A stretch of 64,000 nucleotides of DNA from Phoronis australis (lineage: Eukaryota; Animalia; Phoronida), in assembly GCA_002633005.1 (NCBI GenBank), contig NMRA01000555.1, positions 33,774 through 97,773 on the forward strand, in the 5' to 3' direction. A program made the position numbers and the translations under genes. The notes under the pieces are model-generated. The model ran no database searches and was not told the origin of the DNA. It worked only from the letters and a program-made list of their open reading frames with translations. Of the stretch, positions 53,001-64,000 are shown piece after piece (the stretch's first letter is position 1; every line of letters starts with the position of its first letter).

Positions 53001-55911
53001 CTGTACTGTTTTAATGGTAATATAATGAACTGCGGACCAACGGCCTATGCGAATTGAAATTAACGTTTTTGTCTCTTTGTTTGCTATAACATGACAGGTA
53101 CATTCAATGATGCGAGCAAGTTGGATCAACATACATCACTTGATGTGTTTGGCCACTATGGTCTGGAAAGACGAAGACAACTGATGGAATTTTTACGGTT
53201 TTGAACTATCCCTGATGTCAGGGTCGCTGAGTTTAAAGCAGTTGGTCTTTCTGGTCTGACGAGACTACCTGACGTTCTCACACGCGATGCTCTCTGAGTG
53301 GTAGATTTAACGAGCTGATTCATAAGGAAGTAAAAGAAATTCAAACATTTATTTTAATTCTGTGAGGCTAGATTCAAGAAGAGACATTAGCAGAAATGCA
53401 ACATGTAATTGCCGATAGAAAATACATCAACAGAAACACTACTAGCCTACGTTTACAGAGTTAATGTTACTTTGTTTTAATAAAACTTTCGCCAAAATCG
53501 GGTTTGCATGCCAAAGTCACAACCGTTTGGAACTACGAGTTTGTTCAGATGAGTAATTCTCGGGTTCCAATCGAAAATACAGTGATCGAGCAACGGATTA
53601 TTATTGTGATAGTTTGCATGCTTGACATCTCAGTTTTTCATGAAACCGTTTTCCGTTGTTGGCAGAAAATTAAACTAAAAACTTTTTTAGTTTCGAAAAG
53701 ATCAATAACAACTAGTGCGCTTTATTTGTATCCCAACGTTAGCCTACGCATTCCATAGAAAAAACGCACTATTTCGCATGTATGTCTTTGCGCGTAAGTT
53801 GACCTACCAAAGCTTACACCGCTCATTTAAGCATGGCTCTGTGCTTAGTGCAAATTTGGTTCAATTAAAGCAGCTACTATTGAAAAGTTAACCTGAGTTT
53901 CCGAAGAAATCTGCGTGAGTTTGTAGGCCCAAAATGCAATGCCATTAAAATTTCGTTCGACGGAATGTGGGTCGCGCGGTTAATTCCAGTTTAAACTGAG
54001 CACTCTCACTCACAGTATGATCCTGTGGTTTAAAACAGTAACAGAGGGAGTCGTTATAGAGTCTTGACTCATATAATTCTACAATCTAGCCAGAACCAAA
54101 GAAAATTACACATAACGACAGTAACTCTTCCAATGGACCCAAATTTATGATTCCCTGTTTTGCCTTCAAGTCTGGTAAACGCTGGGTAGGCAGCGACCAA
54201 AAACATGGGATATACCCGTTTTTCACTAAAGTTCGTATGAAAGGATCACTTTTGCAACTTCAAAGACATTACGCACTTAGGGAATGAATTTGAACACTTT
54301 CAATAGTGTGCCAAAGATACGTAGTGGAAAAATCACTCTTCACAAAATTGAAAACCCGGTGTAAAACAGGTATCTCGGAGTAGAAAACAGGTTCCCGCAC
54401 CTTCAAAACAACTAACCAACCCAAAAAGCACGAATCCTCAACTTTAAAACAGGAACCCCGGGGATCGGACAGGACAACCGGGAACCGGAACACTACTCAC
54501 GCACTTTCTGTCACTGAACGCTTTGAGTTCAGAAATTCAGATTTCAAATTCCGTTTTAATGATCAATTAGAAGTTGACGTACACTTTTTCGAAAGCAAGA
54601 AATTGGTGACGGTGGAGGTGAAATACGGAAATAATGTCCCCTCGACAAGTTAATTGACGAACCCTAAAATGCGGCCAGTTGTAAAGATATTCAAAGAAAT
54701 TAATGAAGAATGGCATTAAAATCGAAATAATATTTTTGCTATTCAATTTAATATCTTGAAAATACTTTTGGAGAAACTATTAAATAATGTGAAATTAACT
54801 AAATATTCACCGAGATAACAACGTGTTGAGAATGTAGATTATGTTGAAATTCGTCCAAAGACAAATTGCACGACTTATAAAACAAAATATCGGCATAATA
54901 TAAACTAGGTTTTATTATTGACAATTTTAACAAACAACTGGAAAGTACTTGAAGATGCTTTAACTCAAATTTCGAAGCTGCTGACATCGTCTCAGAAAAT
55001 TTGAAAAATTGTCCGGGTTCCTGTCTCATCCCCGGGGCTCCCGTTTCAAAGGTCGGGTTTCTTCTAACATTTCCAATTAGCTATGAATGCTGTGTGCTTT
55101 TTCTCGGATTCTTCTGTAACTAACTATTCGCTTTTCCTGTTCTTTCAACAGTGAACCATTCAAACAGCGCCCTCTGTAGTTGTGGAAAAAGAGCCCTTCG
55201 TCCGCCTCCAACTTTGCGACAGTATCGCTGACCACGGGAGGTTTCCTGAGTCAGTTCCTACAATACAACACAGAAATTGCTATTTAAAATTTGTTGAATT
55301 ATGTAACACGTTTTGCTTTCAAATATCAAAATGTTCATTCATTGGGTGGCTATGAGGAATGAAAAAATCATAAAAAATAACATTTTTGCTTCATTCAATC
55401 GCGAAGTCTGCCGGTCTATAATCAATTCCTTGTAATGTATGCCGCGCTAAGGCACCCTTGATACATGTCTTGAATTTGATAAATTATCAATACCTTGTGT
55501 TCCAAGAGGTAAGACTCTAGTTTTCCGCCATTTGCTTTTTGTATAACACAGAAACGATTTCTTCGTTTTGCCAGGATTTGCGAGATTATTGTACCTGGGG
55601 GTTACTTATTAAATTCCGTAGGGCACGCCAGGGGTCAGTCGACGGCAACTTAAAAATGCACCCAGACATTTTCATTGACAGCTTTAATTACCCATCCACA
55701 TGTATACAAGTATCTGAAAGCTTGAGTTATCTACCTATTGATCAACGAAAATGGTAAAAATATGCTCGTATGTGGTGGGGCATTTTCTATTAGAGAACCC
55801 CTGGGTTTTTATATGAACCTATAAGAAAAAACAATAGGCCTAATTATCGCTGCTAGGAAAGTGCATTTAGACAAAATGCCTCGAGTCATTCGACGCACAA
55901 CATTTCACGTT

Positions 55912-56200
55912 ATGCAAACTGAAATACGAGCATTCCATGTGTATCGTGGAAATTTGAGTCACATAGAAGGTGAAGTGCTCAAGGAGGAGCATGACGAACT
56001 ATTCCCGCTTGATCGGTGCAGCATGAAAGTAGTCAAAGACGTTTGGTCACATACAAAGACAACAATCTCGATTTTTTTAGTCTTTCACTATAAGAGGAGG
56101 AAGTATTCAAGCCGAAGTTCACAAAATTTCTGCTGACTGAGCTTGGATGCGATTTACTTTGTCACAATGAGGTCTGGAAGTGTCTTGTCCCTCTGTGCAG
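55912..56200 (+). pseudogene. Decayed HIRAN-like domain, probably transposon cargo
   Basis: IRAFHVY..GEVL..D..MKVVK, frameshift to FGHI..SRFF..RGGSIQAEV..GLEVSC; a pogo-like ttttccgaataaacgcc motif lies at ~56347. Confidence 0.5.
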
Positions 56201-59200
56201 ATAGTACAAGACCTGATAAGCTATTAAACAATTAGTGTTGTTAAGAGGTATAACGTTTTTGCAACCAATAGTCGTTTTAAGGACAACCAATCCACCCACG
56301 CTGGCATTTGCGTAGCAAAAATTTTGACTTTCCGTTTGCACGCCCCGTTTTCCGAATAAACGCCTGGGGGTTTATTTGGTGTTACTAAAGTGCAAGAATT
56401 TTTTTTATTTTTCGAATACCCGAACATGGGCCTATCTAGGAAAAGTCCCGGTACTACTGTCACAGCAACCTCTCTCTCACCTGTGGCTCATAACGTGCAG
56501 TTAGTTTCACCCTTACATACAGGCACACTGTCTTGGTGGCAGTGGTTCTAATTCTAAGCGTAGCAAACGATTAGTAAACTACACGCCGAATATTGAGACA
56601 TTGATACAAAGTCCACATTCGTCACATTACACGGAAGGGCAATTCCCTTGTTTTAAAACCAGGCACTGGCCTACTTGGTACCGAGGAACGTTTGTTGTCT
56701 GCAATTAATGTGCATATTAGTTTACGTTTCGTGTCATTCTTTTCGTTCAGATCGTCTGATCAGTTGTTTGCACTGAAATTATTGTCATTGAGATTAAGCT
56801 GGAACAAGTAGCTATCTTTTGTCTTTTTTCTGTTTATTGATTGGACAACGAAGGAACAACTTTCACAGGACCATCGGCTTCTCGGTGGCCTTATGCGAGT
56901 GTAATGGCCAGTCGGTGGTCTTGAAGCTCAGTGCCGGTGGAGAAGAGAACAGTTGGTTTGTAAAAGTTGAGGATAATGATGACAAAACAACTAGAAAAGC
57001 CGTTATTGAACCCAGCGTCTCTATGGCAGGTCTCAAGCGAGATGTGTTTGATCGTTGCCAGTAGGCCCATCAACTAACATGTACACTGTATGACGTTTAT
57101 TTTCGTCAAAACGTGAAAATGTCGACACGTGATTAACATTTCCCTTGCCATGTGTTTCATAGCTGTTAGTAACCTGCTTCCGCTTGAAAGTTTTGCTTGC
57201 TCTGCGGCCGAGTCATTTTCGCTTTTTTCGTCCACGCTCGCGCCACACTCCAGATTGTCAGCCCTGTCATGAGTACTTCGTCTTTTCCTGACGTATTGTC
57301 TATCCCAGTAGCTGACGGTATGCTGTGGTATGTTGGCGGTAGGAAAATAACTTCCATTTTTAGGCTTATTTTACAGCTGTGCTTTGTCGTCTTCGTTGGG
57401 GAAGAAATTTCACGGGGGAAGTTATTTTATGCCTTAGACATAAAATAACTTCCTCTCAATACCGCGCATGCGCAACAAGTTTGGAGTGGGAAGAAATTTC
57501 AAGGGGAAGAAATTTTACGTGACACCGGCAATGGAAATTTCTAGACAAAAATTTCAGGAAAGAGGAACCTTAGGTTTAAATGCATTTACTGACCAGATGT
57601 GCGTCCATCTTTTCCTGACATCGCTGGCACAAATGTTACATGTACATGTATTTGTCCTTTTGCTTAGCTCCAGATTATTCGTTGAATAAATTTGCTACTG
57701 AGCTAGATCTTCTTACTGGCAATCATATTTTGTAGACCAAGTTGCTTGCCCGATTTGTGCTCTTGCTATTGAATAATTGCTATGACCTTTTGCTGTATTA
57801 TTATTCCAGATAGCGTGTTGGTGCCCTTCCCTATAGTTGTGTTCTGGAGTATTTTTGTAGATATTCTTCTTTTTCTTTCATAGATATATAATAGACATGC
57901 AAGTTTCCGCATGCTGTTCTTCCTGTGGCACATAGCGTGATACACAGTCGTTAGCAACTGCATAGCAGCCCTTATATATTTAAAACAATTTTTTAAGCTG
58001 TGTGACACTCTACATTTCGGATATTGGAACCGTGTCATTTGGACTGGTTCTGCACTTTCTACAGCCTGCGAGTATTTACTTTTCTGCTCTTGTTTATGTC
58101 CGTATTTAAAAGGGATTTTAATCAGTATTACCTTTTTTCTTGGTGTATGTCCTTCCTTCACTGTGATACTCTAACTCTGTTGCCTCCTATTTGCTCCAGA
58201 GGTCTGTCATGTTTGCAAAAACGTTTTACTTTTAATAAAATATTTTAAAACTAATAACCTTGTGTCTTTCTAATCTGACTGAAAATCGCATGTCCTACCA
58301 CTTTGATTTTTACGCGGTACAGTTAAATCTAAGTTTGTATGCCCGTTAATGGTTTCGCTGTTCATGCTGTACTTAATTTCGATATTAACCTATCAAACTG
58401 TCGGTTTTCATCTTCAACGCAGCGTCAAATAAAAAGGACATTTTGAATACTGATTTTAGATCTGTTCATAAATATTTATAGGACATCTACCAAGCTGATG
58501 GTGCTTTACCTTTCCTGCACCGTTACTTCTTTGCTAACTTTAAAAAAATCCACAATCTTTTAGAAACCATGTCCAATTCCTGAGTACAATTCTGCCATTT
58601 TTCATAGTTTCCGTATGAGCACGTGCTTCCTGGCGATGTTTCTCCCCAGGCATTGTCATATCGCCTACCCTTTCTGGTACGCAAGTTTCTTTTTCCACCC
58701 CATTACCATCAGTTTTGAATAAACCTTGGCCTGAGTGCATCGGAAACTGAATGTCAGTTCTCTTCTAGCTTACACACGTTCATTAGCTTCGTAATTATAG
58801 ATGTATACTAACTTGGGATAATGAACTGTGCCCTAAAGCAGCTGAATTTCACCAGGGTTGGCTGCGATATTAGTGAGGGTGAGTTAGGTTTCGTGGGCGG
58901 CTTGGACATTGGGTGACTGCACCCTGGGATGGCCCGGCCGGGAGTGTTGGGTGGCCGTCACATGCGATGCTCGGCTGGGAGCCACCTCAGGTCCTCCAGG
59001 TATGTATGTGTCTGGACTCCACTGTAGTCAATTGCCCTTGTAGTAAAGGCATAGCAGTGTCTGGTAGGTGGGTGCAGTATGGTGTCAGTAGAGGTACGTG
59101 TCATGTACAGCGACCACAACTCTCGCTTTATCGTCGACCAGGGTTTGGCTTTGCGGGAGCGCTACTGCTCATCGTGAGGTATCCAACCGGTCCTAATATG

Positions 59201-59326
59201 CTGTGTTCCAAGTCGACCGTCGTGCCTGCACTCCGGATGGGGGGGGAGGGTTTGAGCTTCAATAAATATGGAGGCAAATCCTAGAAAGGCATCGGTTCAT
59301 TTCCCATTGGTTGCGACTACCTTTTT

Positions 59327-59422
59327 CCCACATCCCCTGCTTCTCTACCAGGGTCACGGCCTCCACGCGGGCTGTGGCGGTGGACAGGATTATTCATCCA
59401 TGAACAATCCTACCCAAGTGGC
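59327..59422 (+). ncRNA. HDV-like ribozyme remnant in a GC-rich LINE 5'UTR-like segment (~58850-59440)
   Basis: P1 cCCACA/TGTGGC, P2 GTCAC/GTGGC, P3 GCC/GGC around TCCACGC(G), GG for P1.1, P4 aggattattcat/atgaacaatcct, then C-A-A. Confidence 0.55.
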
Positions 59423-60085
59423 ACATACTGAGCCAAGACACCAAGTTCTTTACAATATTTCTTTTTATCACTCCGGCTGGTCTGCTCACTCAGCTTGTCA
59501 GGAACCTGCTTTGACGAACCCTCGCGATGAGTCAGGACTGACCTCTGTAGCCGAGCGTTGGCTTATACATGTACGGGAGACTTTGCGACGGTACTTCACA
59601 AACTTATGATTATGCATTAAGCACCATTCGTCATATGCAAAGAACAGGTAAAATTTGGACCATTAATAATCAAGTTTGTATAAAAACAACCAAAGTAGGA
59701 ATCAAAACAACCAAACAAAGTAACAACGTATTTACGCTCACGGTACGTGATGTCAATACGTTTTCAAGGACAACATGACTGGCATTCAGGAATCGTTCTT
59801 GAACTGACACACAGGGACTCAGGTCAAGGAAATCAAGTGGAATATTTTTATTTTCCGCTCTCGACCGAGGTACATAATTGTGCTAAAAGGCTTTTAGTTT
59901 GATAACGAAAACAACGTGAACTTTATGCCATGTTACATATCACGTAATTTTTGTAGTGTACATATTTGATTAAAGACACGACTTTGATATGATTTCACTA
60001 GGTTAATTTCAGTTTTTTCAAACTCTGTAAATAGAGATATTGTCTTTACATCACAACTATGCAATAAAAATCCACAAGAGATCAG

Positions 60086-60118
60086 TAGGTAACATAATTT
60101 CATAACATCTTCAGGCTA
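60086..60118 (-). ncRNA. Truncated hammerhead-like motif in the pLTR region
   Basis: Minus gtagc-CTGAAGA-tgttat-GAAA-ttat-gttac; stem I pairs, stem II is largely missing. Confidence 0.3.
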
Positions 60119-60269
60119 CTATACAACTAGTTCACAATGAAACGCACATCAGAAATGGCAAGTGCAATGTAACACGTGAAGTTTGCATGCGCAACTACAT
60201 GTACATGTATGACGATAAAACTACACATATCTTACTATACATACGTTGCTGCGCATCATAATCTACACA

Positions 60270-62040
60270 TCATCTGAATAATGATAAAGTCCTTCGAGTT
60301 CCAGTTAGCTGCTCATTCAAACTGGGTTTTTCAAACATTATTAGAAGCGACTCTAATTTCCGTAACCTGTGTGCATCATTTTCAATGTACGTGTATCTAA
60401 TGACTGTATTGTCGACAATCTCCTGGAGAGTTATCTTGCGACCATGAACGTTTTGAAAATGGTCTGTGTTGGAGCCGTTTTGTAAATGCATTGAAAGTCG
60501 TCGCGACAAGGAACACACTGTGTACCCAATGTTAATTTGTTTCTGAAGAGGTCGAAAACATTCGACCGCGGGACAAGTAAACTCATAAACAACATTACAT
60601 CTAGCAACAGTGCGGACCTTGTCACGACCAAGATTGTTTCTCGCCACTAAATTAGTGGTCTTCATACTCTTGTAATAAATAATTATATGTTGTTTGTCAT
60701 AAGGACTAACGACTTTTATTTTATTATAGATTATGTTCTTTAAGACTTGTTCATCTTGTACATAGCTTTTGTACATACAGTTTTTGTAGAACAGTTTTTT
60801 AACATTACCAGTAAATGTTTGTAAATGATAAAGTTGTTCGACTTTTGAGACAAACCAATTAATGTGCTTATCCACAAAGGAATTTGTGTAACCATTATTT
60901 ATTAGAAGTTGTTTTACATGTTGAACTTTACTAATGAACAGTTTCCAGTCTGATGAAATATTGTGAGCTCTCTTTAACAGATTGACTAAAACAGTTTTGT
61001 TTCAACGCTCAGAAAAGTCACTATCAGCATGGAGACAGATACCATTGTCAGTAGGCTTGTAATAAACTGATGTGATGAATCTTGTGTCTGATTTACATAT
61101 AAGTAGATCTAGAAAAGGTATCTTATCATTCACAGGTGTTTCATGAGTGAATTTCAATACTGAATGGTTCCCAAGCACAGTCTTAAGCGATACCATTTCA
61201 TCGAAATTACAATTAACGAAAGTATCATCAACATATCGAACGTATATGGGAATGTGGACAACTCTAGTTTTAACTTGTTTTTCCATTTTTGACATATGGA
61301 ATTCAGCGAAAGTTGGGCCTAATGGGGAACCCGTACTAACACCATCTTTCTGCAAAAATTGTTTACCATTTACATGTCGAAATGGTACCTTCGTAGTGAA
61401 AATTAATAGCATTTTTTTAAGTATGTCCTTAGAACTTTCAAGAGGTTTCAAAATTGGATGCTTATAGACATTGTTAATAATAATATCTTAAGGAAGTCAT
61501 CACGTGACTTGCTACTATACTGACTTTGAATATACGGATTTATAATCTGATCAATACATTTAGACACTTTATATGTTGGTATTAATACTTGAGAAATGAC
61601 AGGTCTCAATAGATTATTAACTTTATGCGTCTTTGCGTTGCCATAAAGAAAATCTTCAGAGAAATCACCTGCTATCTCATTGAAGATCTTCTTACGTGCT
61701 TGTCTTTTCACCTTCTTGATATGACTGTTGAGATCCCTTTTAAATCAAGTATGGGCGTACGACTAACAGACTCAAACTTACTGGAATCGTTTGTTAACTG
61801 AATAAGTTTGTCAAAATAATCACTTCTGTCCAGAATTACATATTTATTGGACTTATCAGCTCGACGAATTTCGACATTTTTGTTCTTGTTCAAACGTTCA
61901 GCAGCATCAGTAAGACGACGTGGTAAAGTGCGTTGACAACCATTACTACGACACTTAGTGTTTTCCGCTCTTAGTAAGTAATACGTTCTTCTGGGAGTTT
62001 AATTTCACCATTGTAGAGGCGTTGTAGCTTCTTAATCAAC
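60270..62040 (-). mobile_element. Penelope-like element, Naiad-type (RT plus C-terminal GIY-YIG), frameshifted and internally deleted
   Basis: RRADKSN, LYGNAKTHK..LRPVISQ, QKDGVSTGSPLGPTFA, YVRYVDD, IPFLD, YEFTCPAVEC..IGYT..LSRRLSMHLQNG..DH, LESLLIMFEKPSLNEQ. Confidence 0.93.
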
Positions 62041-64000
62041 CTTTTCAGTGAAGACAGTTGACATTTAGCCACATTTTACCAACAATTTGCCTCAAACTTT
62101 CCCATGACAAACCTGAAAACGATGAACTTACCCTAACTTTTCCCATTACAAACCTGATAACGATGAACTTACCCCAACCTTTCCCATTTTAAACCTGATA
62201 ACGATGAACATGTCTCCCTATGCTTAGGATTAAATTGTCACATCAAGCCAAAATTCAATTGCTATAGAAAAAAGTAGAACTGGGACACTTGTATAACGAC
62301 ATTTTTAAGTTGGAAAAGGATGGATTTATTCAAATAAATCCCGACATCCGTGACCAGTTAAGAGCGGAAAGTACTCGACGCACTCTACTACGTCGTCTTA
62401 CTGATTTTTCTGAAGGTTACTTAAATGGCAACCCTAAAACGCATGAAGTTATTAATCCAGTGAGACCTGTCATTTCCCAAGTATAGACACCTATATATAA
62501 AGTGTCTAAATGTATTTATCAGATTATAAAGCCGTATATTCAAAGTCAGTATGTTATCAAGACACGTGATGACTTCCTTGAGATCTTGCGTACCACTGTA
62601 CCTATTTCTGGCTGTCAACCAATGTCACTGGATGCAGAGTCGTTATTCACCAATGTCTCAGTACTTGAAACAATAGATATTATTATTAACAATGTCTAGA
62701 AGCATCCAAATTTGAAACATCCTGAAATTCTTAAGGACATGCTTAAAGAAATGCTATTAATTTGCACTACGAAGGTACCATTTCGACATGTAAATGGTAA
62801 ACTATTTTTGCAGAAAAATGTTACCGTTAGTATGGGCTCCCCATTAGACCCAACGTTCGCTGAATTTTGTGTCAGAAGTTGAAAAACGAGTTAAAACTAA
62901 CATTGACCACATTCATATACAGTATATGTTTAATATGTTGATGTAATTGTAATTTTGATGAAATGCTATCGCTTAAGACTGTGTTTGAGAACCATTGGGT
63001 ATTGAAATTCACTCATGAAACATTTGTGAATGATGAAATACCTTTTCTAGATGTACTTATATGAAACTCAGACACAAGATTCATCACATCAGTTAATCAC
63101 AGGCCTATTGACAAAGGTATTTGTCTCCATGCTGATAGTGACTTTCGTGAGCGTTATAAGATAGCTGTTTTAGTCAATCTCTTAAAGAGAGCTAACATTA
63201 TTTCTTCAGACTGGAACCTGTTCATTAGTGAAGTCCAACATATAAAACAACTTGTAATAAATAATGGTTACACACATTCATTTGTGGATAAGCACATTAG
63301 TTGGTTTGTCTCAAAAGTTGAACGACATTATCATGTACAAACATTTACTGGTAATGTTAAAAACTATTCTTCAGAAACCGTATGTCCAAAAGTTGTGTAC
63401 AAGATGACCAAGTCCTAAAGAACACAATATATAATATTGTAAATGTTGTTGGTCCTAATGACAAACTAGATGTAATTATTTATTTCACGAATATGAAGAC
63501 TCTAATTTAGTGATGAGAAATAATATTAGTCGTGAGAAGGTACGCACTGTTGCTTGATGTAATGCTGCTTATGAGTTTACTTGTCCCGCAGTCGAATGTT
63601 TTCATCCTCATCAGAAATAAAATTACATTGGGCATACAATGTGTTCCTTTTGGAAACGACTTTCAATGCATTTACAAAGCGTCACCATCAAAGGCCATTT
63701 TCCAAAGTTCATGGTCGCAAGATTATTGGTCAGGAGATTGTCGACAATACAGTAATTAGATACACGTACGTTGAAAATGATGCACACTGGTTACGAACAT
63801 TAGAGTCGCTTCTAATAATGTTTGAAAAACCCAGTTTGAATGAGCAGCTAACTGGAACTGGAAGGACACTATAATTATTTAGGTGATCTGTTGATTATGA
63901 TGCACAGCAACGTATGTACATTGGTTATGTGTTTTTATCGTCATAGTTGCGAATGCCAACTTCACGTGTTTTATCCCATACGCGTTGAAACTGTCGAGGG
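62041..64000 (+). mobile_element. Second Naiad-type Penelope-like element, head-to-head with the previous copy
   Basis: LGLNCHIKPKF, GNPKTH..RPVISQ, SLDAESLFTNV, MGSPL, IPFLD, LESLLIMFEKPSLNEQLTG; inverted homolog of 60170-61670. Confidence 0.93.
62095..62210 (+). repeat. Three ~40-bp tandem repeats in the PLE N-terminal region
   Basis: ctttcccat..caaacctga.aacgatgaac(ttaccc) occurs three times. Confidence 0.85.

Noticed and set aside
56750-57073. Possible downstream exon for the 47859 leader
   Set aside because: An acceptor-like site is present, but all frames close early and no domain is recognisable.
58913-59609. 123-aa and 113-aa ORFs
   Set aside because: No recognisable domain; expected by chance in a GC-richer, UTR-like repeat.
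59755-59800. Possible hammerhead on the minus strand (CTGAATG...GAAAACGT)
   Set aside because: The core is broken and neither stem pairs convincingly.
60270-63900. Selenocysteine-encoding Naiad
   Set aside because: The Cys positions I checked use ordinary Cys codons; stops look like random or CpG decay, and no SECIS was recognised.

Overview
AT-rich, repeat-dense animal (probably marine invertebrate) genomic DNA from a draft assembly, with two N gaps and three single-n joins that sit between near-identical overlaps. Most of the window is decayed transposable elements: Penelope-like elements (three Naiad-type copies plus one other), CR1/L2-, I/Nimb- and RTEX-like LINE pieces, a Gmr1-type Gypsy element with LTR and tRNA-Pro PBS, a Sola2-like transposase, and many MITEs. 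The one clear host gene is on the minus strand at about 24.7-28.0 kb: a signal-peptide exon followed by four tandem 285-nt, phase 1-1, single-kringle exons. Their introns are nearly identical, while the exons differ mostly by amino-acid changes, many around the canonical kringle ligand site. The most unusual observation is in one kringle exon, where 45 nt (25702-25746) are the exact base-by-base complement, not the reverse complement, of the homologous 45 nt in the neighbouring copy. Other items: HDV-like and hammerhead-like ribozyme remnants, a signal-peptide-like exon duplicated 45 kb apart, decayed tandem USP-like domains and a CTCF-motif-rich repeat. All family assignments come from motif recognition by eye, counts are manual, and TE boundaries are approximate.
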